This document shows positions 30,501 to 39,004 of a stretch of 64,000 nucleotides of DNA, piece by piece. Source of the stretch: an uncultured Bacillota bacterium (GTDB lineage Bacteria > Bacillota_I > Bacilli_A > RFN20 > CAG-631). Under the pieces are notes generated by a model that was not told the origin of the DNA, searched no databases, and was given only the letters and a program-made list of their open reading frames with translations. Every line of letters begins with the position of its first letter. Positions within the stretch are counted from its first letter, which is position 1. Position numbers and translations under genes: made by a program. The stretch lies in assembly GCA_902491575.1 (NCBI GenBank), contig CABUID010000002.1:22360-86359 (forward strand), written 5' to 3'.

Positions 30501-31895
30501 ATGCAAAAGAAACAAATTTTAGACATTCTCAATGCAGCTTTGGCTACGGGTGGGGATTATAGTGAATTATTTTTTGAAGATACATCCTCTAAAAGCATTT
30601 TGTTAGAAAATTCTAAAGTTTCTCGTTCTTCCACATCGAATGTTTATGGTTGTGGAATTCGTATTTTAAAGAAAGACAAATGTGTATATGGATATACAAA
30701 CGATATATCTTATAAAAATTTATTAAAATTAGCAAATACATTAAAAGATAGTTTTTCTGGAGAAAGGGAATATAGTGTTTCTGATTTGAAGGCTGTTAAA
30801 ACAAGAAATAAAAATAGACCAATGGTTTCTTATGATAGTGTTCCAATGGAACAACAAATAAGTTTGTTAAAAGAAGCATCCGACGTAGCTTTAAATTATG
30901 ATGAAAGAATTAAAAAAGTTGATGTTAGATATGCTTTTAATACACAAAATGTAACCATTTATAATAGTGATGGTAAAATAGCAAAAGATTCAAGAACACG
31001 TGGTCGATGTTATTTATCTGCTATTGCAATGAAACCTGGAGCGATGCAAACAGGTGGAAAAGGGCCAGGAGCACAACGAGGATTTGAATTTTTTAATGAA
31101 TTTATTAATTTAAAAGAAATTGCAAAAGAAGCTGCTAAAACAGCGATTACAATGTTAGATGCTGATGAATGTCCATCTGGTGAAATGCCTGTTATTTTAG
31201 ATAATGGTTTTGGTGGTGTTATTTTCCATGAAGCTTGTGGACATGGTCTAGAAGCGAGTGCTGTGTCTAAAAACTTATCTGTTTTTGCAGGTAAAAAAGG
31301 TCAAAAAATAGCTTCAAACATTGTAAATGCTTTTGATGATGGAACCATTGATGGTGCTTGGGGATCTGGTAATTTTGACGATGAAGGGAACCCAACACAA
31401 AGAAATCAATTAATCAAAGATGGTATTTTGATGAATTATTTGGTTGATAATTTTAACGGCAGAGCAATGAATGAAAAAGGAAATGGTGCTTGTCGAAGAG
31501 AATCTTATAAATTCTTACCAACTTCACGTATGTCAAATACTTTCATTGGTAATGGAAAATCAACTAAGGAAGAAATGATTGCAGCCACTCCATTTGGATT
31601 ATATGCAAAATCTTTAGGTGGAGGATCTGTCAATCCAGCTACAGGTGATTTTAACTTTGCTGTACAAGAAGGTTATTTAATCGAAAATGGAAAAATCACT
31701 AAACCTGTAAAAGGTGCTACACTGATTGGTAATGGTGCTAATATTTTATTCAATATTGATATGATTGGTAATAATTTGTTACGTGAACAAGGAGTGTGTG
31801 GTGCATCTTCAGGTTCTATTCCAGCAGATGTTGGTCAACCTACCATTCGTGTTAAATCCATTTTAGTAGGTGGAACAGGAGGTAAAATTCAATGA
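30501..31895 (+). CDS. tldD: TldD-family metalloprotease
   Basis: HEACGH (HExxxH) motif and typical TldD length. SD AAGGGG upstream of ATG 30501. Confidence 0.85.
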   Translation: MQKKQILDILNAALATGGDYSELFFEDTSSKSILLENSKVSRSSTSNVYGCGIRILKKDKCVYGYTNDISYKNLLKLANTLKDSFSGEREYSVSDLKAVKTRNKNRPMVSYDSVPMEQQISLLKEASDVALNYDERIKKVDVRYAFNTQNVTIYNSDGKIAKDSRTRGRCYLSAIAMKPGAMQTGGKGPGAQRGFEFFNEFINLKEIAKEAAKTAITMLDADECPSGEMPVILDNGFGGVIFHEACGHGLEASAVSKNLSVFAGKKGQKIASNIVNAFDDGTIDGAWGSGNFDDEGNPTQRNQLIKDGILMNYLVDNFNGRAMNEKGNGACRRESYKFLPTSRMSNTFIGNGKSTKEEMIAATPFGLYAKSLGGGSVNPATGDFNFAVQEGYLIENGKITKPVKGATLIGNGANILFNIDMIGNNLLREQGVCGASSGSIPADVGQPTIRVKSILVGGTGGKIQ

Positions 31896-33211
31896 ACTTT
31901 GACAAATATTTTGAATATGCAAAAAAAATAGGTTTTTCCGATATTGAATTTAAATGTCAAACAAGCAATAAATTATCGATTCAAGTTTTTCATAAAAAAG
32001 TTGAAAATTATAGTGTTTCTGAAAATGAAACGATTTACATTCGTGGTATAGTGAATGGTAATATGGTTTCAGGATATACGGAAAATAAAAATTCCATTAT
32101 GAAAATTTTAGATGACATGGTCGTTAATGCTAGTCTGATTGATGATAAAAAAGTTCAAGAAATTTTTTCTGGTTCTAAAAAATATAAAAATTTTAAAACT
32201 TATAGTGATAAGTTAGAAAAGACAAATGTAAATGATAAGATTCAATTATGTTTAAAAGCAGAAGAAATGGCATACAAGTATCATGATAAAATTTCGGATG
32301 TGGATGATGTGACTTATGAAGAAGTCGTTTCTGCTTTAAAAATTGTTAATTCAAAAGGATTAAAATTATCTTATAAAGTAAATTATGCAATGTTCATTTT
32401 ATCTGTTGTTGCTAAATCTACGAATGATGTAAGAACAGGTTGGGCTTATCAATTTGCACAAGATCTTTCTTCTTTTGATTTAAATAAGATTGTAAAAGAA
32501 GCTTGTGATAAGGCTGTTCATGCTTTAGATGGTAGCCAATGCGAATCGACGAAATATAAAGTTTTGCTTTCACCAAGTGTCTTTTCTTCCTTTACGGCTT
32601 TCTTATTAAATTCTGTATCTGGTGAAGCGGTGAATAAAGGTAAATCTTTATTGAAAGATAAACTCAATGAAGTAATTGCTTCAAAAAAATTAACGATAAT
32701 CGAAAACCCTCATGAAAAAAATTATCCTTATTTTTATCGAGCATTTGATGATGAAGGAGTAGCTACTTACAAGAAAGCAATCATCGATAAGGGAGTATTA
32801 AAAACATTTTTGTATAACATTGAGGCTGCAAATGAAGCGAAAACATCTTCTACAGGTAATGGATATGGAGGTTCGTCCATTGGAATCACTACAGCTTTTG
32901 TTGAAGTTAAACCTGGTAGAAAATCTTTGGAAGAATTATGTGATAAAATTCAAAATGGTATTCAAATAACAGATGTTCAAGGATTACATGCTGGTATGAA
33001 TCCTCTTTCAGGTGATTTTTCTTTACAAGCTAGTGGTTATCTTATCGAAAATGGTAAAATTACGACACCTGTTAATTTAATTACGATAGCGGGTAATTTA
33101 TTTACTATGTTTAAAGATATTGAAGATATAGGAAATGATACATTTGTCACATATAATGGAATTTCATCACCATCTATTGTGATTAAAAAATTAGCTGTTT
33201 CTGGAAAATAA
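31892..33211 (+). CDS. pmbA: PmbA/TldE-family protein (TldD partner)
   Basis: Paralogous fold without the HExxxH motif. ATGA-coupled to tldD. Confidence 0.8.
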   Translation: MNFDKYFEYAKKIGFSDIEFKCQTSNKLSIQVFHKKVENYSVSENETIYIRGIVNGNMVSGYTENKNSIMKILDDMVVNASLIDDKKVQEIFSGSKKYKNFKTYSDKLEKTNVNDKIQLCLKAEEMAYKYHDKISDVDDVTYEEVVSALKIVNSKGLKLSYKVNYAMFILSVVAKSTNDVRTGWAYQFAQDLSSFDLNKIVKEACDKAVHALDGSQCESTKYKVLLSPSVFSSFTAFLLNSVSGEAVNKGKSLLKDKLNEVIASKKLTIIENPHEKNYPYFYRAFDDEGVATYKKAIIDKGVLKTFLYNIEAANEAKTSSTGNGYGGSSIGITTAFVEVKPGRKSLEELCDKIQNGIQITDVQGLHAGMNPLSGDFSLQASGYLIENGKITTPVNLITIAGNLFTMFKDIEDIGNDTFVTYNGISSPSIVIKKLAVSGK

Positions 33212-33215
33212 TTAA

Positions 33216-33252
33216 AAAAGATTATAACGATCAAAAGTTATAATCTTTTTTT
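33216..33252 (+). terminator. intrinsic terminator after pmbA
   Basis: AAAAGATTATAAC-loop-GTTATAATCTTTT followed by TTT. Confidence 0.7.
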
Positions 33253-33303
33253 GCACAAAAAAAAGAAAATTTTGGTATTATTAATAAAAAGGAGGAAGTA
33301 AAA

Positions 33304-33615
33304 TTGAAAAAAATATTTTCTTTTTTAATATGTTTTATTTGTTTAATAGGTTTTAATTCATGTAATATTGTAAATAAAAATAATGATAATGAACAATTAG
33401 ATAATAAGAATTCGCATGGTTATAATGGTGCTGCCCATTCTTTAATTGTGAAAGAAAATCAAGATGCAACTTGTCAAAAAGAAGGTTATCAAATCATAGG
33501 ATGTGCGAGTTGTGATTGGGTATATAGAATTTATGTGTTACCTATTGTTCCTTGTCTTTATGAAAATGGAATCTGTAAATGGTGTGGTCGAAAAAATAGT
33601 GATTATGATTTTTAA
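33304..33615 (+). CDS. small Cys-rich lipoprotein, unknown function
   Basis: Signal peptide with lipobox-like GFNSC. Several CxxC pairs (CASC, CKWC). SD GGAGGAAG upstream of a TTG start. Confidence 0.45.
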   Translation: MKKIFSFLICFICLIGFNSCNIVNKNNDNEQLDNKNSHGYNGAAHSLIVKENQDATCQKEGYQIIGCASCDWVYRIYVLPIVPCLYENGICKWCGRKNSDYDF

Positions 33616-33622
33616 AAGAATT

Positions 33623-33913
33623 TTATTGATTTATTTCATATATGCAGTGATTACTATATTTTGATTTTATATAATCATATAATCTATGATATTCTAAATA
33701 TTCTTCAAATTCTAATTTATTAAAATCTATATAAATTACATTCGAATCATAATAATTCATAATTAAATATTCGTTAAATATTTCTAACAACTTAGATTTA
33801 CCACAACGTCTTACACCTGTGATTACTTTAATGACTGGAGTTCCCATAATATCAATCAAATCATTTAAATATTTTCTTTCAATTATTTTCATTTTTTTAC
33901 CTTCTTCCAACAA
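33623..33913 (-). pseudogene. N-terminal fragment of an AAA_14/DUF4143-family ATPase gene
   Basis: Only ~96 aa, including Walker A GVRRCGKS. It ends before the expected DEIQ Walker B. Paralogous to the fragment at 62831-63049. Confidence 0.65.
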
Positions 33914-34272
33914 TATTATACTAATAGTAATTCGAAAAATTAATATTTTTTATATTTTTCGAAATGCAACATACACAATATTTCGAAATTAATAATTTAT
34001 CTAAATATAGTTTTCTTTCAACCATGTTATCTCTCACCCACGCCTTTACTGTCCTTACTTCTATGTATATCACAGATTTATTCTTTTTAAAAATTAAGTT
34101 TTGATTATAAAAACATATCTATGCCTTCTAATTTGTTAGCCTAATGTTTCTTAGAATATCTTCTATAACGGAATCAGCAAAGTTGACTTGCCAAATGAAA
34201 AAGCGTATTCACATTTAGGAATAAAACCTGTTTGTAACTACGCAATTTTATACTGGACTAAAATCCCTAACG

Positions 34273-34310
34273 GGCTTGATACTTGTATCAAACCTATATG
34301 TTCTTAATGG
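34273..34310. repeat. direct repeat copy A (distal boundary of the tRNA-Thr-associated islet)
   Basis: GGCTTGATACTTG+TATCAAACCTATATGTTCTTAATGG. It matches 38248-38260 plus 38283-38307 at 37/38 positions and lacks the 22-nt loop segment of copy B. Confidence 0.8.
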
Positions 34311-34336
34311 CAAAGATATACTACTATGATACAATT

Positions 34337-34397
34337 TGCATACCCCTAGTTTTTCTGCATACCCTTTATGAAAAAGTGCATACCCCTCTAGTTTTTA
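34337..34397. repeat. three phased TGCATACCC(C)T.. direct repeats
   Basis: Copies start at 34337, 34357 and 34378 (20-21 bp phasing). The first and third extend to ..TAGTTTTT. Confidence 0.7.
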
Positions 34398-34429
34398 CTG
34401 ACTGGTGCAATTAAATATTTCTTTAAAAA

Positions 34430-35416
34430 TTATTTTTTGTATATTCTATAATTTAGTGTATCATTATCATCAATATAACATTCAAATATATTTTCTATAC
34501 CAGCAAGTTTAGCATTATGATAAACTAAATCTTTATCTTGGAAAGCCATATTTAATCCTAAAATAATTCCATAAGGTTTCCATTCAATTGTTATGGGTTT
34601 ATTATTCCATACTGAAGAAATCATTCTCCACTCTTGGTCATACATGTGACATTTTTTCTTTATCAATGCTATTTTTTCTCTTTCCCATTTCATTTGTGGA
34701 AACATAGAAAATATTACATCATTTGCAATTGTTTCTGATAAAATTTTTTTAAGAGCCAAAGATGCAGTAAACCATTTTGCATATTCTGTTGCATCATATG
34801 GTTCATCAGAATAATAAATTGGATATAAGGATGCGGTTTGATTGCTTAATGGACATTGCATGCATTTGTTTTGTTTTCCACATAAAAACTTTGATTCATC
34901 ATATGGATCATATATAACTGCAAATCCTTTGTGCCGATCTGCATACTTAATCCATAAAGATTCATTTAATCCATTTTCAGAAAAACATACTGATAAAGTA
35001 TAACTTCTTAAAATATTTCTACTATTTTCATTCATTATTTTAAGAACAAAATGATAAACTTCATCTAAGTTGAGATTTTTTATTTTATTTAAAATCTCCA
35101 CCTCGCTCATTTTTGCTCCTATCTTGTTAAAAAAGCTTTTGAAATTTTCAATAAGATTATCTTGTTCAAAAATTTTATCAATATCATTTTTTAATTTTTC
35201 TCGGTTAATTCTTAGATAAGTATCGAAAGGATCATCATAATAATTAGATGTTGAAAAAGTTAATCTATTATTTTTTATATCTTCTAGACTTTTTAAGGTT
35301 AAACTTCTATATCTATAAATGTATCTTGGATATTTTATAACATTTTCAATGGAATCATTACCATTTTTTAAAGAGCATAATCTTTCCCAAAATACTTCCC
35401 TTTCATCAATATTCAT
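34430..35416 (-). CDS. DUF2971-like protein
   Basis: N-terminal signature YRYRSLTLKSL...RLTFSTSNYYDDPFD resembles the DUF2971 consensus. Lies 25 nt downstream of the GmrSD-like gene on the same strand. Confidence 0.5.
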   Translation of the reverse strand: MNIDEREVFWERLCSLKNGNDSIENVIKYPRYIYRYRSLTLKSLEDIKNNRLTFSTSNYYDDPFDTYLRINREKLKNDIDKIFEQDNLIENFKSFFNKIGAKMSEVEILNKIKNLNLDEVYHFVLKIMNENSRNILRSYTLSVCFSENGLNESLWIKYADRHKGFAVIYDPYDESKFLCGKQNKCMQCPLSNQTASLYPIYYSDEPYDATEYAKWFTASLALKKILSETIANDVIFSMFPQMKWEREKIALIKKKCHMYDQEWRMISSVWNNKPITIEWKPYGIILGLNMAFQDKDLVYHNAKLAGIENIFECYIDDNDTLNYRIYKK

Positions 35417-35441
35417 TGCTATGCACCTACCCGTTTTTTGA

Positions 35442-37829
35442 TTATTTGTGTCGATTGAACCAGTTTAACAAATCATCTCTACTTTCTTCGAACCATTGGC
35501 TAGTTATAAAATAATTTTTGCCATTTATAACCACTGGATCTTTATAATATCTTACTTGAATACTATTTCCTCTATTTGCATTTTTGGATTCGGCCAATAT
35601 TGGATAAACGACCTTCTTGAAGTTAGCTCTTGTATATTCTTTAGTCATAAGGTCAGCTATTTCTTGAAATGACAGTCTATCATTTTCTAAAAGCCATTTA
35701 ATTAATTCATATGCTAAATAGCCAATTTTAACATCTTGAAAAGAAGCTTCATCAAGAATATTGAATGCAGACTTTTCTTTTTTTATTTTCACCAAAAACC
35801 TTAAATCTTGGGGATCTAAATCAAAGTGTTTTAGATATTTTCTTATTTCGTTGACTTTTGATTGAGAACTTAGATTTGTTTCTATAAATAAAGAATTAGA
35901 AAGTTTATAAGGTTTTCTCATATCGTGTTCATTAGAAGAGATATATTTAGATTCTATATTCAAGTAATTTTCCGGATCTAGCATATAAAGTTGTACATTA
36001 ATCTTATTATATGCATCTGATATATTATTAGTTGAAATTTCATCTCCTAAAAATACCATTTTAACAATTGTTTTACCAGTATAATCATATTCGTCATCTA
36101 AATCAATCCATTGTTCGTTTTCTTTATGACTAAAATTTGTAATCGGCATAGTCCAAATATTTTTAGCAACGGAAAATAATAACTCTGCCCTTTCAACAAT
36201 TGTATTTTCATTCCAAATAGTTGCGTTTTTAATATAATCATTTAAAAACAGTTTAGAATATATAAATCCGTTTTCTGGTTTTTCTTTCTTCCTTTCAAAA
36301 CTTAAATTACTGTAATCACTATTGTATGCTGTTAATGTTAAATTCCCTATTGTATGAAGATATTTTGCATAAATCAATTCCCATGTATCACCAAGATATG
36401 TTTTCCATTCTTGCGTTAAGGTTTGTGGCATCACATGCTCTATAGTCAATGTACCACTATTTATTTGTTCTTCAACTGCGATTCTTTCTTTTGAATTGCT
36501 ATTTTCTAACCGCTCTAAGATATATTTTTTAAACGCTGGCTTAGCATTGTAAAGTTCGAACGAATGAAAACAATTATTAAACTCATGGTCATTTGGAAAT
36601 CTAGATTTTCCAGTTCTTGCTAATATAGAAAATTTAAAAGCGTCTAAATATGTTGCATTATCTTCAGTAATATACTTTTCTACCTCTGCTCCAATAGAAA
36701 CAAAAGTTCTATTTAATGATGAAATTGGTAAGCCACAAATTATTCTTCTAACATAATAAGACTCAATAAGTTTAGACGCTTCACAAATCTCTTTGTCTTC
36801 TAATAAATTATTTTTATAAGCAAATAGCAAATCAAATAATAAAGGGATTGCTGTATTAACTTCTAAATGCATTAATCTCCCAAAAGCACCTTTATATCCA
36901 TTATCATATGGGTTGCATTTTATTATTTCATTATAGAATTGTGCATATATAATTATATCTTTTAAAATATTCTCAATATCAATATTATTACTTATCTTAT
37001 ATTTTTTGAATTCAAAATATAATTTATCTTCTTTAGGCAATTCTCTTGTTTTTATTGCTAAATAGTACCGAATGAACTTTGACATATCTTGCTTTCCAAC
37101 AAACAATTCGATTTTTTCCCAATATTTTCTATAAAGATTCTCTTGACGTTTTGAATCTAACCCCATTAAAATATAGTTTCTAATTTTATCCGATTCTTGC
37201 AAATCTAATCCAGTTGAATTAAGACTTTCAAAAATCAATTGTGGATCATCTCCATTTTGTGGCTTTAAACTAATAGCAACTATAATTAATTTAGTTATTG
37301 CTTCATATAATTTAGAAATTTCTGTCAGTTCCATTTTTTTAAGTTGGTCATAAAAAAACATATAGTTAATGGTAATACTATTATTTTCTATTGGAGTATC
37401 ATTTTCAATTAGTCTATTGTAAGCTTCATCATCGCCTTGAACTAATTTAAGCTTTAATTTTTTTTCGTCGTTAGCATATTCGTCTATCAAATAAGCTTTC
37501 ATGATTTTTGAAATATTAATTCCATTAGCAATAATACGATTATTGTCTAAATAGTTTCTAATGGCTAATAAAAGAATTGATACAGTCGTAATTCTTTGTT
37601 GTCCATCAACAATTATATATTCATTACATCCTCCTACATCCTCTTCGACATAGACAATGCTTCCAAAAAAATGAGAATCATAATTATTTTGATATATTGC
37701 CTTTAAATCTTTTAATAGTTGCTCACAGTTTTGCCTTTTCCAACTATAGGTCCTTTGATAGACTGGAATAATAAATTTTTTATCCCCACCATCTAAAAAT
37801 CTTATGATACTATACGCTCTTGCATCCAT
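35442..37829 (-). CDS. GmrSD-family (DUF262 + DUF1524 His-Me finger) putative type IV, modification-dependent restriction enzyme with extra C-terminal region
   Basis: DUF262 motifs IPVYQRTYSW and DGQQRITT. DUF1524 motifs TIEHVMPQT and HTIGNLTL. An additional ~200 aa follow. Confidence 0.75.
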   Translation of the reverse strand: MDARAYSIIRFLDGGDKKFIIPVYQRTYSWKRQNCEQLLKDLKAIYQNNYDSHFFGSIVYVEEDVGGCNEYIIVDGQQRITTVSILLLAIRNYLDNNRIIANGINISKIMKAYLIDEYANDEKKLKLKLVQGDDEAYNRLIENDTPIENNSITINYMFFYDQLKKMELTEISKLYEAITKLIIVAISLKPQNGDDPQLIFESLNSTGLDLQESDKIRNYILMGLDSKRQENLYRKYWEKIELFVGKQDMSKFIRYYLAIKTRELPKEDKLYFEFKKYKISNNIDIENILKDIIIYAQFYNEIIKCNPYDNGYKGAFGRLMHLEVNTAIPLLFDLLFAYKNNLLEDKEICEASKLIESYYVRRIICGLPISSLNRTFVSIGAEVEKYITEDNATYLDAFKFSILARTGKSRFPNDHEFNNCFHSFELYNAKPAFKKYILERLENSNSKERIAVEEQINSGTLTIEHVMPQTLTQEWKTYLGDTWELIYAKYLHTIGNLTLTAYNSDYSNLSFERKKEKPENGFIYSKLFLNDYIKNATIWNENTIVERAELLFSVAKNIWTMPITNFSHKENEQWIDLDDEYDYTGKTIVKMVFLGDEISTNNISDAYNKINVQLYMLDPENYLNIESKYISSNEHDMRKPYKLSNSLFIETNLSSQSKVNEIRKYLKHFDLDPQDLRFLVKIKKEKSAFNILDEASFQDVKIGYLAYELIKWLLENDRLSFQEIADLMTKEYTRANFKKVVYPILAESKNANRGNSIQVRYYKDPVVINGKNYFITSQWFEESRDDLLNWFNRHK

Positions 37830-37931
37830 TTTACTTACCTCTCAAAAAATGCACTTTATATATTTCGTCTTTTAAAATGAATATATCTTCATTTCTTGGC
37901 ATATTATGAAACTACTTTTATGACTTTTTAT

Positions 37932-37940
37932 ATTGTATCA
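37932..37940 (-). promoter_or_regulatory. extended -10 (TGATACAAT) for the GmrSD-like operon
   Basis: Minus-strand TGnTAcAAT about 100 nt upstream of the start at 37829. Confidence 0.35.
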
Positions 37941-38240
37941 TATTTTAATCATTTGCACTATTCTTTTGCAAAATTAAATAATAAAAAGTATGACTAATAA
38001 AAATCATTTACTCAATATTGATAAGCAATGATCAAAATTATAAAGATAAAATATACAGATTTAAATTTCAAAACACCTTTCGTCTGATAGTATAGGCTTT
38101 CGCTTGACTGTTGATTTAAAGTGAAGAATACTTATCTTAAAATGGTGTTAAAAAAGCTCTTGTTGTGGCAAAGTGCTTCTCAGTTTGAACTCAAAACATC
38201 AAGTGATGCTAAAATGGTTCAAAATCACTAAAGTTGCAAA

Positions 38241-38291
38241 GAAAAAAGGCTTGATACTTGAAAATCTGCTCAATTTTCTTTGTATCAAACC
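38241..38291 (-). terminator. intrinsic terminator of tRNA-Thr
   Basis: Minus strand: GGTTTGATAC, 24-nt loop, GTATCAAGCC, then TTTTTTTC. Confidence 0.65.
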
Positions 38292-38307
38292 TATATGTTT
38301 TTAATGG
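38248..38307. repeat. direct repeat copy B (tRNA-proximal)
   Basis: Same sequence as copy A but with a 22-nt insert at 38261-38282. Ends on the TGG complementary to the tRNA CCA. Confidence 0.8.
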
Positions 38308-38378
38308 TGCCTCCTACTAGAGTCGAACTAGTCACGAATCCTTACCATGGATTTATTATACCGATTAACTAAGGAGGC
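38305..38378 (-). tRNA. tRNA-Thr (anticodon GGT), CCA encoded
   Basis: Hand-folded cloverleaf: acceptor GCCTCCT/AGGAGGC, D-arm GTTA/TAAT, anticodon arm AATCC-ATGGTAA-GGATT, T-arm ACTAG-TTCGACT-CTAGT, discriminator A plus CCA. 74 nt. Confidence 0.85.
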
Positions 38379-38390
38379 AAGTGCGAATAC

Positions 38391-38419
38391 ATAATACTAA
38401 TTAATTTTAAAGTTGTCAA
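38391..38419 (-). promoter_or_regulatory. sigma-70-type promoter for tRNA-Thr
   Basis: Minus strand: TTGACA, 17 nt, TATTAT, about 12 nt before the tRNA 5' end. Confidence 0.6.
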
Positions 38420-38440
38420 TACTTCAAGAAAAATCATAAA

Positions 38441-38473
38441 GAAAAAATCTAAAAGATTGAGGCCTTTTAGATT
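38441..38473 (-). terminator. intrinsic terminator after nrdG
   Basis: Minus strand: AATCTAAAAG, 8-nt loop, CTTTTAGATT, then TTTTCTTT. Confidence 0.6.
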
Positions 38474-39003
38474 TAATTCATTAAGGATTGGATTAAAGTA
38501 ACTTGATTTTTTTTTAAAGATTGTTTTACATCAATAATTCTTTGATTTTTTGATCCTCTAAATTTTAAAGTGATATCTTTTTGTTCTATAATGAAAGGAC
38601 CATCTACTAATACATCAATATATTGAAGAAGTTCATTTGTAATTTCGCAGTGTGCTTTAGAAGGACGAAGCAATTCGGTTTCAAAAATATAACCTGAATA
38701 AGCCCATATATCTTTATTTGGAAATGTTTCTTTTACTTTTTGAATAAAAGGTAATAATGCTTTTTGATTCACAATTTCAAAAGGCTCACCTCCTAATATC
38801 GATAAACCTTTTATATAATCTTTAGAAAGCATTTGAAGGATTTGATTTTCTACTTCTTCAGTAAATTCTTTTCCATAATTAAAGTCAAATGCAATGGAAT
38901 TAAAACAGCCTTTGCAATGGTGGGTGCATCCTGAGACAAATAAAGATACGCGAATTCCTAATCCATTAGCAATATCATATTCTTTAATAGAAGCATAATG
39001 CAT
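38473..39003 (-). CDS. nrdG: anaerobic ribonucleoside-triphosphate reductase activating protein
   Basis: CTHHCKGC (CxxxCxxC) and ILGGEPF motifs. Starts 1 nt after the nrdD stop. Confidence 0.9.
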   Translation of the reverse strand: MHYASIKEYDIANGLGIRVSLFVSGCTHHCKGCFNSIAFDFNYGKEFTEEVENQILQMLSKDYIKGLSILGGEPFEIVNQKALLPFIQKVKETFPNKDIWAYSGYIFETELLRPSKAHCEITNELLQYIDVLVDGPFIIEQKDITLKFRGSKNQRIIDVKQSLKKNQVTLIQSLMN

Positions 39004-39004
39004 A

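Larger units (their letters stand above)
34273..38307. mobile_element. putative ~3.9-kb integrated islet (no integrase) adjacent to tRNA-Thr
   Basis: Bounded by the 38-bp direct repeat. Copy B overlaps the tRNA 3' CCA and its terminator. The cargo is two defence-type genes. Confidence 0.45.

Noticed and set aside
33914-34272. Possible ncRNA or gene remnant between the truncated ATPase gene and direct repeat copy A.
   Set aside because: No stable conserved-looking structure, promoter/terminator pair or ORF could be supported by eye.
37830-38247. Possible integrase or excisionase remnant between the GmrSD-like gene and the tRNA-proximal repeat.
   Set aside because: There are no ORFs of meaningful length in any frame, and no recombinase motifs (R..HxxR..Y) in short frames that I could see.
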